64,000 nucleotides of DNA, taken from the NCBI GenBank assembly GCA_002269645.1, contig NIVC01001009.1, forward strand, positions 1 to 64,000, in the 5' to 3' direction. This document shows positions 27,201 through 40,800 of this stretch, piece after piece. Each line of letters starts with the position of its first letter. The first letter of the stretch is position 1. A model generated the notes under the pieces. It was not told the origin of the DNA. It did not search any database and was given only the letters and a program-made list of their open reading frames with translations. The translations under genes were made by a program, and so were the position numbers. Source of the stretch: Macrostomum lignano. Taxonomy: Eukaryota.

Positions 27201-30200
27201 TAAATTAAACTGCTTGACTTCCCATTGCTTCCCATTTTTTGTTTAACGCTCATAGTTAAACAAAAGTGAAAATTTGAAACACAAATTCGAAAGCGAGGCA
27301 AATTATAGAAAATTCTGAAATACGCTCATAGTTGAGCTAAAAACTGTAATTATCCAAATCTCTAAGATTCCTACCATCATGTAAATTAATTATTAGTGAT
27401 TTCAATTACGCCGTTCAGTGAACAACGAATAAGCTCAACGAATGTGCGAGAACGAGTCTCACCCTAGCCTGTGGGAGAACACGAGGGATTTAATCTCTCT
27501 TTAAATTATTCTTCGAGGCAAGTTCGCTGGGGTGTGAAATTTCCTTCTGGATCAATATTGCTGAGCAGCCCTGGCTTTGCCGGCTGGCGACAGCCAATTT
27601 GATCGCTTTTTCTCAGTTGGAGAATTCTGTCTTATCAGTCATTTTCATAGTGCAAGTGATCAGCCTGTGATAGTGATGAGAACGTGGATCCAAGCAGTAA
27701 GAGAGTTATACTGTATGCTAAGGATACTGTATGCCGCTGTCAGAGGGTGTACAGCGGCCCTGAATTTTCAAGCATAAAAAATTCCGTATCGTAAAGTCCG
27801 GACTAAATCAAAATTCAAACCACACGTGTAGAACTAATAGTGCTTATGAAGTTGCTCTCCTCCCAAAAAGCAGTTTGGAGTTTGCACTAGCTGCCGTCAC
27901 ACTTTTCTAACTTTGCACTTTTGGCAAACACAGCTTCTTAACTGTGGGTCAAAAGTGCCTCACGGCGTATCCTCTGCGCTGAACTGACGGCGCGCACCCG
28001 ACTACCGCGTAAACAGCGCCTTCGTATAAGTTAGAAAAAATATTACAGAGCGAGGGACGGAGCGACAGATGAAGAATATGCTGGTGTCTTGTCTCCCACT
28101 GCGGCCATGCTAAGAATAGAACCTGGATTGCGAGTGCATGTTCAATCATCAATAGGAGTTCTTGGTTGATGGCTGCTGTGTATTCAAGGTGTCATGTTTT
28201 TGCGGAGGGAATTCGGTCCACTTGAAGGCTAGTTGGCGAGTAGGTCAGGTGGTAGGAATTATCTTACAGTAAAAAAGAAGCAATCACTGAGGCAAGCAAT
28301 GGTTTAGAAGGAAAATCAGTCGCTTGCATGACAATTAAGAGAGCCCGGAAAGATGCCTAAAAAGAGCATCTACAGGATGCTCAAGGACCATCCTGAGGTA
28401 GTTAATTCAACAGAGCATTCGAAAGAAATGAGCTTTAAAAAGTTCTGTCCTGACTTCGTGCCTCTTCGTTCTAATTGCAAGCAAAGGGTACAAGCTTACA
28501 GGCTTAGAGACAGTTAGCTCTAAGCTGGGCAGAGGGGATCGAGAGGGAGGTTGGGCGCAAGCAAGAGTTCAGAAGCACACCGCGGCGTCACGCAAATGGC
28601 AGCAATTGATTGCTAAAGGTGTGTTCCGCCAAGACCTAAATAGCTTCCTTCCTCCTATGCGACAATCGCTAGCTGCACCTAAACAGCAATTCAGTTAGGT
28701 CAGTAGGACAAACATGACATGAATAATGTCGGTCGCTGTGTTCCCTGCGTGCGTGTTTGTTTTTGCATGCTACTTTTCACTTAGCAGACAGCTGACCGAC
28801 CGTATGGGTTTATGGTCCGCTTTTAAAGCGTCCGATGACGAGCATAGAAATAAAGGAATGCACTTCTGTAAAAACCTTCTAAAGGTTAATAAACTTATGA
28901 AGCCGTAGATTCCAAAGCTTGATTCTAAATATTAAGTACCGCCAAAACTAAGGAGAAGTGTATACTCGAAACTGACGATCCCATCTAACGATGGCTTTAT
29001 AGAACGGGCCCAATATCTCCCCTGCTGAACTTCCGAATCACAAACCGAACATGTCTTTTGTCCGAGGTTGATTCACAAGTTTCACGTTTGTCTAGACAAA
29101 ATTTTCTCGCTTAATTGGCAACGCTCAAACTGGTTTCGGAAGGGGATTTTGCATGGCGCTAGATGGAGTTTTGCCATAGACAAATTCGGACTGGAATTTC
29201 GCGGAAACTTTGCTCGCTTGTCCGCCTCCAGTAGCTTTACGAACTTTGCGAGTTAAAAATCTTTGCTACTCGGAAATCCAGAAGGTCAACAATGTGTAAA
29301 AAACTGAACTTCGGCAGCAAAATTAGTCTGCAGTAAATTTTCAGGACTTGCGAGAGTAGTTTTCTTCTGTCTGTAGTGACCTTAATTTCACATTATGTAT
29401 ATGCAACAAACTATTCCAACCTGTGTTCTTCAGTCCACAGCCTCGGCTGTTTCGTCTGCACCTCGAACAACAACTCGAAGCCACTTTGTGACGACACATT
29501 CGGCAATGTTGCAAACTTTTTCAATTCCAACTGTCAGGCGGCAAGGGTTGGCCGAGCCGGCCTGTTCCCAGCGACTGAGTGCATCAAAATCAAGCTGCAG
29601 AATCGTGAGTATAGGGCACGCCACTTGTCAGCGATTTTTATCGTACAGTAGTGCTGTCTGATATGCTATGTCCGTGATTCTGTGTTGACGGTTGCATCAG
29701 CTGAACATGTGTCTACAGCTTTGTCTGAGTGTTGCATCAGCTGAACATGTGTCTATAGCTTTGTCTGAGTGTTGCATCAGCTGAACATGTGTCTATAGCT
29801 TTGTCTGAGTGTTGCATCAGCTGAACATGTGTCTATAGCTTTGTCTGAGTGTTGCATCAGCTGAACATGTGTCTATAGCTTTGTCTGAGTGTTGCATCAG
29901 CTGAACATGTGTCTATAGTTTTGTCTGAGTGTTGCATCAGCTGAACATGTGTCTATAGCTTTGTCTGAGTGTTGCATCAGCTGAACATGTGTCTACAGCT
30001 TTGTCTGAGTGTTGCATCAGCTGAAAATGTGTCTACAGTTTGGTCTGAGTGTTGCATCAGCTGAACATGTGTCTACAGCTTTTTCTGAGTGTTGCATCAG
30101 CTGAACATGTGTCTACAGCTTTGTCTGAGTGTTGCATCAGCTGAAAATGTGTCTACAGCTTTGTCTGAGTGTTGCATCAGCTGAACATGTGTCTACAGCT

Positions 30201-31032
30201 TTGTCTGAGTGTTGCATCAGCTGAACATGTGTCTACAGCTTTGTCTGAGTGTTGCATCAGCTGAAAATGTGTCTACAGTTTGGTCTGAGTGTTGCATCAG
30301 CTGAACATGTGTCTACAGCTTTTTCTGAGTGTTGCATCAGCTGAACATGTGTCTACGAGCTACAGCTTTGTCTGAGTGTTGCATCAGCTGAACATGTGTC
30401 TACGAGCTACAGCTTTGTCTGAGTGTTGCATCAGCTGAACATGTGTCTACAGCTTGGTCTGAGTGTTGCATCAGCTGGACATGTGTCTACAGCTTGGTCT
30501 GAGTGTTGCATCAGCTGAACATGCGTCTACAGCTTGGTCTGAGTGTTGCATCAGCTGAACATGCGTCTACAGCTTGGTCTGAGTGTTGCATCAGCTGAAC
30601 ATGCGTCTACAATGTTGTGTCTACATAGCTGTTTCATGAACTGAACATGTATCTGCAATATTGTGCTTTTGTTAGCATTCGAGATGAACCTATGATGCTG
30701 TGTCTGATACATGTAGCTGTGTGTTTCAATCTTGTGCGTTTCTGCAAAACTGCATAAACCGCATCCTCCAACGACCAACAGCCAATGACCAAACGCGAAC
30801 GGTGATTCGGACATGTGTTGTGGACAACGGTGGCAATTCCGACAATACGGAAATCGGTCGCAGCACCCACTGCGGCCCGATGCAGAAGGTGAAGTGGCAG
30901 GGCGTACTCATGTACGGCTGCATTCTCACCTGCAACACTGACGGCTGCAACGGTGACTCTCCGATTGCTGCTTCCTTGCTGCTCCAACTGATGTCACTGC
31001 TGCTAGCCTTCTTAGCGAGAGCGTCCGTTTGA
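24235..31032 (+). CDS. Ly6/uPAR (three-finger, quiver-like) GPI-anchored protein, 3 exons, about 159 aa
   Basis: Phase-1 exons 24235-24292 (signal peptide MSPRIIALLMATLLASPAC), 29434-29604 and 30782-31032. Ten Cys with CFVC start, LFPATECIKIK and C-x4-CN end, followed by a hydrophobic GPI-type tail. Confidence 0.88.
24312..24775. repeat. Pyrimidine-rich CTGT/CCAT degenerate repeat after the Ly6 exon 1 donor
   Basis: Visible repeat units such as ctgtctgtccctgtctgtccatctctgttcatag. Confidence 0.88.
26062..27003. repeat. Two adjacent minisatellites: 32-33 bp (26062-26490) and 21 bp (26530-27003), sharing CTGTCTAA
   Basis: TCTCAAAGCTTCTACTGTCTAAAACCTGTCTAA units followed by TGTCTAATCCTTAAACTCCAC units. 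Confidence 0.92.
29690..30610. repeat. 40-bp minisatellite, about 23 copies, Ly6 intron 2
   Basis: CTGAGTGTTGCATCAGCTGAACATGTGTCTACAGCTTTGT; period checked at 120-bp intervals. Confidence 0.95.
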
Positions 31033-31585
31033 CGACAGGACAGCTTCAAAGTTGTTTAAATTTTTTTGAAGGCAAGTGCACTGTTTCAAAATGCAAGGTA
31101 GGGATTTTCTGTTTTCGGCAATAAACTCAACATTGTTAATAATCATTAGGGACTCGTTTGATGCGAGGCTGATTTGTTGAAGTAAACTAGCTAATCTCAA
31201 TGAAAAATAGCAGTCAGTTAGGTTTCCATATTTCTAATCCGTATTCGTCCTTGCTAATTTAGAGATTAGCAATTTGCCTTAATCCGATTAGGAAGATACA
31301 AAAAAGAGTGCGCCAGAATTTATATTTTTGCAAATTGTACTTATCGAGCGTTTTTTAAAACTAAAATTGTAAACCAACCATAAAACACATGGCATCTTCG
31401 ACTCTTCAAACATAAGCTGAAAACTGAGAATATTCCATCCTATCAATGCATTTTGCAACAAAGCTTGGCTTTTTATACGTGTACTTGAGCAGTAACTTAC
31501 CGTTGTCTGTTTCAACTAATAGTAATTCCGCCTCGCGTATGCAACTCTTTGATGATGTGCTTTTGCGGAATGAGTCTCTCTCTCA

Positions 31586-32836
<1,251 letters not shown>

Positions 32837-33449
32837 CAGGCAGACAGATGGGCTCCTTAGCACAGAAATTTCTTCCCGATCCCATTCACAAGTATAGCCA
32901 TAAGCTGCTGGCGTTGGTCCATTCATTCGCAACTGCTATATTATCATGCTGTTGATGCTCAGAATCCTTTGTGAAACCCAACACGGCTGGTGTGAATGCG
33001 AACTGGGTCCCCTCTGCATGCCAGGTTTGCACTACTGATTGCACTCGAGTAGAAGGATGCTACACTCCCTGTTCGTGTATTTTTAGGCCCCGTTTCCCCT
33101 TCAAACTGCGAAGCAAACAAAGGTGTGTCTGAAGTTTCAAATATGCTTAGCTGTAATTGAGAGCTGCAGCGTTAAATTGCGATTCACTATTCAGAGTTTC
33201 CAGTTTTTTCAGAGTTGCATCTCGGACTGATAAACATGTAACTTGTTTCATGCAGCATGTGGGTTAATCAGGTTCTAACCTGTAAAACTTCCGCTGTAAA
33301 AATTCAGCAGTAATCCATTTCCTTTAGTCTTTAGACTTAGAAAGGGTTTTACTTTTAGTCTGGTGTTCCTTGCTTGCTGGTCTGAAGTATCAGATAGGAA
33401 GTTTTCTTACACTCGCTTGATAAACCTGTGAGTTGAGCACCCACCAAAC

Positions 33450-34052
33450 AGAACAACAACAGTAACAATACAGCCAATAACAGAACAATAACAGTAACAA
33501 TACAGCCAATAACAGAACAACAACAGTAACAACACAGCCAATAACAGAGCAACAACAGTAACAATACAGCCAATAACAGAACAACAACAGTAACAATGCA
33601 GCCAATAACAGAACAACAACAGTAACAATACAGCCAATAACAGAGCAACAACAGTAACAATACAGCCAATAACAGAGCAACAACAGTAACAATACAGCCA
33701 ATAACAGAACAACAACAGTAACAACACAGCCAATAACAGAGCAACAACAGTAACAATGCAGCCAATAACAGAACAACAACAGTAACAATGCAGCCAATAA
33801 CAGAACAACAACAGTAACAATGCAGTCAATAACAGAACAACAACAGTAACAATGCAGCCAATAACAGAACAACAACAGTAACAATACAGCCAATAACAGA
33901 ACAACAGTAACAATACAGCCAATAACAGAACAACAACAGTAACAATGCAGCCAATAACAGAACAACAACAGTAACAATACAGCCAATAACAGAACAACAA
34001 CAGTAACAATACAGCCAATAACAGAACAACAACAGTAACAATACAGCCAACA
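33450..34052. repeat. 32-bp A/C-rich minisatellite (AACAGAACAACAACAGTAACAATACAGCCAAT)
   Basis: About 19 copies; source of the Cys/Leu-rich pseudo-ORFs. Confidence 0.95.
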
Positions 34053-34734
34053 ACAGTAGCAAAACAGTCAGCAACGGAACAGCAGTGTTTCCACTTGCAT
34101 TATATAACCAAACAAAAAAGCACACAGTCACTTGCTTTATTTAGTAATCCAGAAGTTTGCTTTAAACTTTTTATCTGATAAAAGTGGTTTCGACCTAAGT
34201 AAAACTTGATGCGTTACATCATTTAAACACTACACAAATACAATACGTTTATATTAGAAATTTGTAGTAGCAAAGCGTCCAAATTTTTTCGAATCTCTTT
34301 AATTTATTTTTCGCATTGCCTATGCAGAACTGTACCCGAGTGTGAACATTTTTTTCATTGCTCCGCCGAGCCCAGCTGCACTGTGAAGACACTTTTTGGA
34401 CACTCGTTCAATTTTATGCGCGAGTTATTTCCGTAGTGAAGTGTTTTTCCAGAATTTTGTACTTTGTTGGAGTGTCTGCAGCTGCACTGAATAAATTTGT
34501 CATCTTTCCGAGAAACTGAGCAGCAAATATTTGACCGAGAAATTTTTGCCTTTTTTCTGTCTTCCTCAGTTTTTTGTCCGTAGTTCAAGTTGGTTCGGCT
34601 TTGTAAAGCCCTATTTACACAGACACTGACTTCCATTCATATGTTGCCCAATGTACATGTAGAATGCCTCTTTTGCTTGAAACCAAACTATGGTAGCTCC
34701 ATGATACACTGACAAACTATACAGGTTATTTGCC

Positions 34735-35720
34735 GCTAATCATCATATTTCAGGCTATCTAATCATTATCTTTCGCGCTATCTAATCATCATCTTTCAGA
34801 ATATCCAATCATCATCTTTCAGGATATCTAGTCATCTTTGGAGCTTATCTAATCATCATCTTTCGAGCTAATATAATCATCTTTCAGAATATCCAATCAT
34901 CATCTTTCGAGCTATATAATCATCTTTCAGAATATCCAATCATCATCTTTCAGGATATCTAGTCATCTTTGGAGCTTATCTAATCATCATCTTTCGAGCT
35001 ATATAATCATCTTTCAGAATATCCAATCATCATCTTTCAGGATATCTAATCATCTTTGGTGCTATCTAATCATCATCTTTCGAGCTATCTAATCATCTTT
35101 CAGAATATCCAATCATCATCTTTCAGGATATCTAGTCATCTTTGGAGCTTATCTAATCATCATCTTTCGAGCTATATAATCATCTTTCAGAATATCCAAT
35201 CATCATCTTTCAGGATATCTAATCATCTTTGGTGCTATCTAATCATCATCTTTCGAGCTATCTAATCATCTTTCAGAATATCCAATCATCATCTTTCAGG
35301 ATATCTAATCATCTTTGGTGCTATCTAATCATCATCTTTCGAGCTATCTAATCATCTTTCAGAATATCCAATCATCATCTTTCAGGATATCTAATCATCT
35401 TTGGTGCTATCTAATCATCATCTTTCGAGCTATCTAATCATCTTTCAGAATATCCAATCATCATCTTTCAGGATATCTAATCATCTTTGGTGCTATCTAA
35501 TCATCATCTTTCGAGCTATCTAATCATCTTTCAGAATATCCAATCATCATCTTTCAGGATATCTAATCATCTTTGGTGCTATCTAATCATCATCTTTCGA
35601 GCTATCTAATCCTTATCTTTCAGCTTTTCTAATCATCATTTTTCAGATTACCTAATCAATATCTTTCAATCGTACCTAATCATAATTTTTCAATCTATCT
35701 AATCATCATTATTCAAGCTA
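34735..35720. repeat. 86-bp higher-order repeat of four related 20/23-bp monomers
   Basis: ATCTAATCATCATCTTTCGAGCT / ATCTAATCATCTTTCAGAAT / ATCCAATCATCATCTTTCAGGAT / ATCTAATCATCTTTGGTGCT; period checked (35315 to 35401). Confidence 0.92.
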
Positions 35721-36615
35721 TCTAATCATCACCTCAGGTGATCTAACCAAGTTCTTTTGGCATACGAATCAATCAAATGGTAAATTCATTATCTTCTAGC
35801 TGATCCAATCATGTTCACTCAGGTTATTCGATCGCGATCAAGTGATCCAATGTGATCTAATCAGAATATCACAAGAGGAAAGAGATAATCAGAAGCTTAA
35901 AGTGCATCTAGATACGAGCTAAACTAATCTTGAATTTTAGGCCATTTGGTAATGACTGAAGTTTTAAGTAAAAAGCAGCTACCTAGACAGAAAAAATCTA
36001 TCAACTGATAAAAGCTTACCATATAGCTTCGTGTAATTAGCTGAATAGAATGCTATTTCAAGGATCAAAAGACAGATTTTTGCATTTGATCAAAGGAGAA
36101 AAAAATTGAGAATCAAATAGCAAAGGCCATACAAGGTGAGCTTGAGCAATAAAATCAGGAAAAATGGAGACAAACACAGACTCACTGGGACTTGTGCTCA
36201 CAGAGCACTCAGCCAAAAACGAAGCCCCATGTTGAAGTTCTGTGCTGCAGCTCTGGCAAAATTCATAGATTATCATATTTCTTTCGAGTCGAGTCGAAGC
36301 TGCACAGCTCAAGCAGGGCTCATGTTTCCTGCAACTTGAGTCCCGAATTCCACGTCACGGGAAACTGCAGTATGAAGTATCCCTCTCTGACTCGTTATTA
36401 TTCTCAGCTGGGGGTTGTAAATCATGTCTTCAGTCTAGAATTTTTATTGCTCTCTTATGTGCATGTTGCAGAACGGAACTACAGTTTCGATATTTTATAC
36501 TGCAATACACGAATGCTCTACTTGTTAGTAGAAATATCTGCTAAAACAAATTAAAGATTTCAATGACTTTAACAAGGTTGAAACTTCATGCAAGACCGAA
36601 ATTGCGCAATGAAGC

Positions 36616-37267
36616 AAGGGGATGTGAACTTAAGAGTCGAAATGGAGCCTGAAGCATTGGGTCCCGATTTCTCTACGCCAATCCCTTCATTTGGAGCCAA
36701 CTAGCTCCCGTTATGCCGAAAACCCGACCACTTTAGCATTTGGAGATCTCTGTGAGGAGAAAGGGGATAAATGGGGATTTCATGTGAACTTAAGCTCCAG
36801 AATGGATTAGCTAGGATTAGCAGAGGGAGGGTGGAGTAAGGCAGGCTTGGATTTTTGCAAAAATTCGATTGGTCCTCCCGAACAATTTTTTGCGGCTCGC
36901 CTCCTAAGGTGGGGGGGGGCAACCGCTTCCCCATCCGCCAGCCTGAGTGGCGATGATGGCACCTTATGGTCTTTTACAATTAGACCATAAAAAAGTCACA
37001 GCCTAAACCAAAAACTGAAATGAGAGGGCCATTGACTTGCTTCTTGGTTTCCAAAATAATCACTATCCTTAACATGGCTTAAGGGCTGCATATCCTTGAG
37101 ATAATCTCTAGAGCCTTAAGTTCATATGAAATCCCCATTTATCCCCTTTCTCCCCACAGAGATTCGGCATAACGGGAGCTAGTTGGCTCCAAATGAAGGG
37201 ATTGGCGTAGAGAAATCGGGACCCAATGCTTCAGGCTCCATTTCGGCTCTTAAGTTCACATCCCCTT
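36616..37267. mobile_element. MITE/fold-back-like non-autonomous element with long inverted arms
   Basis: Arm 36616-36794 is the near-perfect reverse complement of 37115-37267 apart from a 26-nt insertion in the left arm. No ORF and no clear TSD. Confidence 0.7.
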
Positions 37268-37831
37268 TCTTTTCCAAAGTCTTTTCTAAACAATATTCGC
37301 TTTTCCTATTTAAGTCATTCAAATTCTAACTTTTGCGCTTCAGGAGAATTTGACTATGCAAAAAAGCCTAGTCTTACACAAAATCAATATCCTGCTTACA
37401 CAACAAAAAATCGCATAGGGCATGCACATTTTGGAACTATGTAGATCAGAAAATTAAAGTCGAATCGTGGGGGGTGTTTTTTAGCAGTTTGGGGATGAAT
37501 ACTACAACTACAACAACAGCATCAACTGGGGCTTTGCACGTGGTGATATGGTGGCGCAGCTCCTGGGAGCCGTCGATTGGCGGCCCCTGTGAGATGCTCA
37601 GCGCAAACAACAACAACAGCATCAACATATGGTCTACTCCAATGCCGAGACACGTTGAAAAGGACATGGCTTGTAAATCAAAAGAAATTCGCAAGCAGAG
37701 AAGCAAGTCCACGGGAAAAACTGCACGTAGTGAATAAATAATTATGCCTAGTTTTTAGTATTCCGAATGCGTTCTGAAAATTTCTATTTACGAATAAAAA
37801 TTGAGTTTGCAAATTAGTCAGTCAGTGGGTA

Positions 37832-40800
37832 CACACATGTCCTGAAGCCTTCTCAAGGTGAAAATAATGTCAGCCTCAAATGACAGTGATTTATGCATTC
37901 ACTTGAACCTTAGCAAGGTATACGTGCAATTTTAAAAAAATCTACCGAGCTATCTCCATTCTACAAGTACTTCATTCCATAGCTTGTGATAATGCATAAT
38001 TTGCATTGATTGTACATATGGGTAGAACCGTAGATCAAAGTACATGTAGGTTAAACCAGTGATAGCCGATTTCAATTATAGTAAACCAACTTAGATGATG
38101 CAACAAATATAAAGTTTCATGTAGCTCAGCGGGGGTTTGGGTTGTGTGGCTTTGCCAATGTACTCAAATTTGGTCCCTCTGGCCCATGAGCTTGAGTGTG
38201 CTCTGTCCAGTGTACTTGACTCTAGACTGTTATAGGCATGTTGGTTGTATGCTTCCTACTTGTATAATAAAATCAATTGATGATAAATTCTGCAAGGCAC
38301 GATTTCTTTTCACAAACCAAGCTCAACCTGTATTTGTTAGTGACTTGACTTGCAGTCCATAGTGAGCTTCAAGCCTACTTTCAATATTTCTACTCACCTT
38401 GCCATACATGTATAAAGAAATGAGCCATGCAACGCATGCACTATCACACGAAGAAAATCGCCTCAAGATCTGCTTGTTGTGCTACAAAAAGGGCTCATCA
38501 ATGCAACGAATAGGTAATGCCTCACTGAAACGCATTCAGGCACACTTTTTGCCCAACTACAATGCGAATGATGAGCAGCTACCTGCAGCACTCTGTGCCC
38601 GATGCAACAAGCTTCTGGCTGACGTCGACAAGGGCATAAAAGCGCCGAGTGTTTTGCCGAACTCCTCCGAGGTCGTAAAGGTGAGCCCAACAAAGATTAC
38701 GCGACAGTCCAGCAGTTGTGCTTGCAAAATATGTGAGACTGCCCGGTTCAACCCGATTGGGAAAGGACTGGGAACATGGAAACCAGAGCCACATTCGCTT
38801 GGACGACCCGCGTGTTCGGATCCAGATCATGGTCTGCCACCGGCACAACCTGTTGTCATCTGCCAGCGCTGCCACTCAATGGTTGGCAGAGGTTTGCCTC
38901 ACTACTGCACGCAAACACAGTGACGAGAAAATCTATTCAGTAAGTTGTCGCTAGACCGTCGAGGTGCCGAAATCCACGCAAGTGACGTGATCAAAGCTAA
39001 GGCTGCTTCCACCGGCTCAAACTCTAGATTTCAATTGGCAACTAGAGGTCGTGATCTTACAGTGTGTGTTGGGCAACGGGCTGGTAGTTCTACATCAATG
39101 AGAGGTGGCTGCGCCGTACCAGCAGAGGAATTCAGCCGATTCCAGCAGACGCTGTGTTTGAGCGGTCGGCAAACTAAGTTGGCTGCCCAATTTTTTCGAG
39201 CATGGAAAGGACGCAAGAGCATTGAGCCCAATTTGCGCAGCAAACTGAGCGCCATCGACTCTGCTCTAGACGATTTGTTTGAGTTGACTAACCTAGAGAT
39301 GGACTGTGCCAAAGGAAAAAGGGAAATGCGCAGCATTGTATTCTGCACTGATCCTCTGGCTCTGATTGACAGAGTGATGGCACGTCGTCAGGTCAGTGCA
39401 GATGACGGCGCATTGATTAAAGTTGGCATCGACAGCGGAGGCGGCTTCTTGAAGTTTTGTGTTAGCATTGTGCCTGCTCAAGGTTTAAAAGATCAACCTA
39501 CCGGAAGTCGCAGCACGTACGCAGAAGGCGCATGCCGTTTCCATTTTGAGGATGGAGGAGTCCGTAAACTGCTCCTGCTTGCCATTGCCGAATCTGTTTC
39601 CGAGTCCTACGATAATCTGCAGCAGATCCTGAATCTTCTTAATTTGCAAGGATTTTCATTCTGTGCAGCAGTTGATATGAAAATTTCGAATGCGATCCTG
39701 GGACTTCAGTGCTGCAGCAGCACCCATCCCTGCCCTTGGTGCGAGACTGCCAGGATCGATTTTTCTAATCCAGACCGCACAAACGTGTTGAGATCGATCG
39801 GCGGTATTCGGCTACAGGCATTTGAGTACCAGCGCACTGTAGAAGAAAAAGCGCCGCGCAACGTGTCTGCTGCTGCTTTCAAAAACTGTGTGCGTCCTCC
39901 TCTGCTCGAAGTTCCAGACAGCACGATGGTGCTCCAGGCCATTCCACCAATGGGGCTGCATCTCTTGCTTGGCGTGACCAATCGACTATTCGAAGAACTG
40001 GACACTCAACTGCGAGGACTCGAAGACTGTCAGATAAGCACCGATGACTGGCTACAGCAGCTTGGCCTTCGACGACCATTGCAGAACGGTGGGAACTTTG
40101 CCGGAAACGCCTGCGAGTGTCTTCTAAATGGCGTCGACATTTTGATTGCAATGCTGGCTCAGCACAATGTGTTTTCGGCAATGCCTGTAGCTCACGCCCT
40201 ACGCTGCTTCCGCGATGTGAAGGCCTCGTGCTTTGGTATGAGTGTGTGTGGAGACTTTGAGAATCGAGTCCGGGCATTCGAACAAGCCTATATCGATCTT
40301 GGAATCCGCGTCACCCCGAAAGTCCACGCTGTTATTGACCACGTTGTCCAGTTTTTGAACATGTCCAATATAGCTGGAGAACCCAAGAAGGGACTTGGCT
40401 TCTGGTCTGAGCAGGTGGTTGAGACTGCACACCACGATTTCAGCAGCATGTGGCAAGACTTTCGGATCGATTTTCATCATCCATCGTATCCAGATCGACT
40501 GCACAAGTGTGTTGTTGCATACTGCTCTCGTCATGCCTAAACAAAATGTGAACTAGCTAAATCAATCAAGACTGCGAATTAGGATTATACATTTCTCTTT
40601 ATTGGGATGAACAAATAGTTCTTAGTCAGACCCTGTAGACTGGAAAGCGAAATTAAACAGAACATAATAAACAGGAAGTAAATAATTGGAATCTTTCAAA
40701 AAGCGTGTTATCTTACCCATTCAACCCACCGAAATACAATGTCCGCATTTCAAAATTCCATTCCAGCTTTGCAATGCATGCATAGAGATTGTTAGTTCAC

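Noticed and set aside
28300-28520. Possible transposase remnant (MPKKSIYRMLKDHPE..SFKKFCPDFV)
   Set aside because: About 54 codons, no catalytic motif and no TIRs; the resemblance is too weak to call.
38920-38953. Micro-intron removing the transposase stop codon
   Set aside because: The in-phase option is only 21 nt with a weak GTGACG donor, and the 34-nt option is out of phase.
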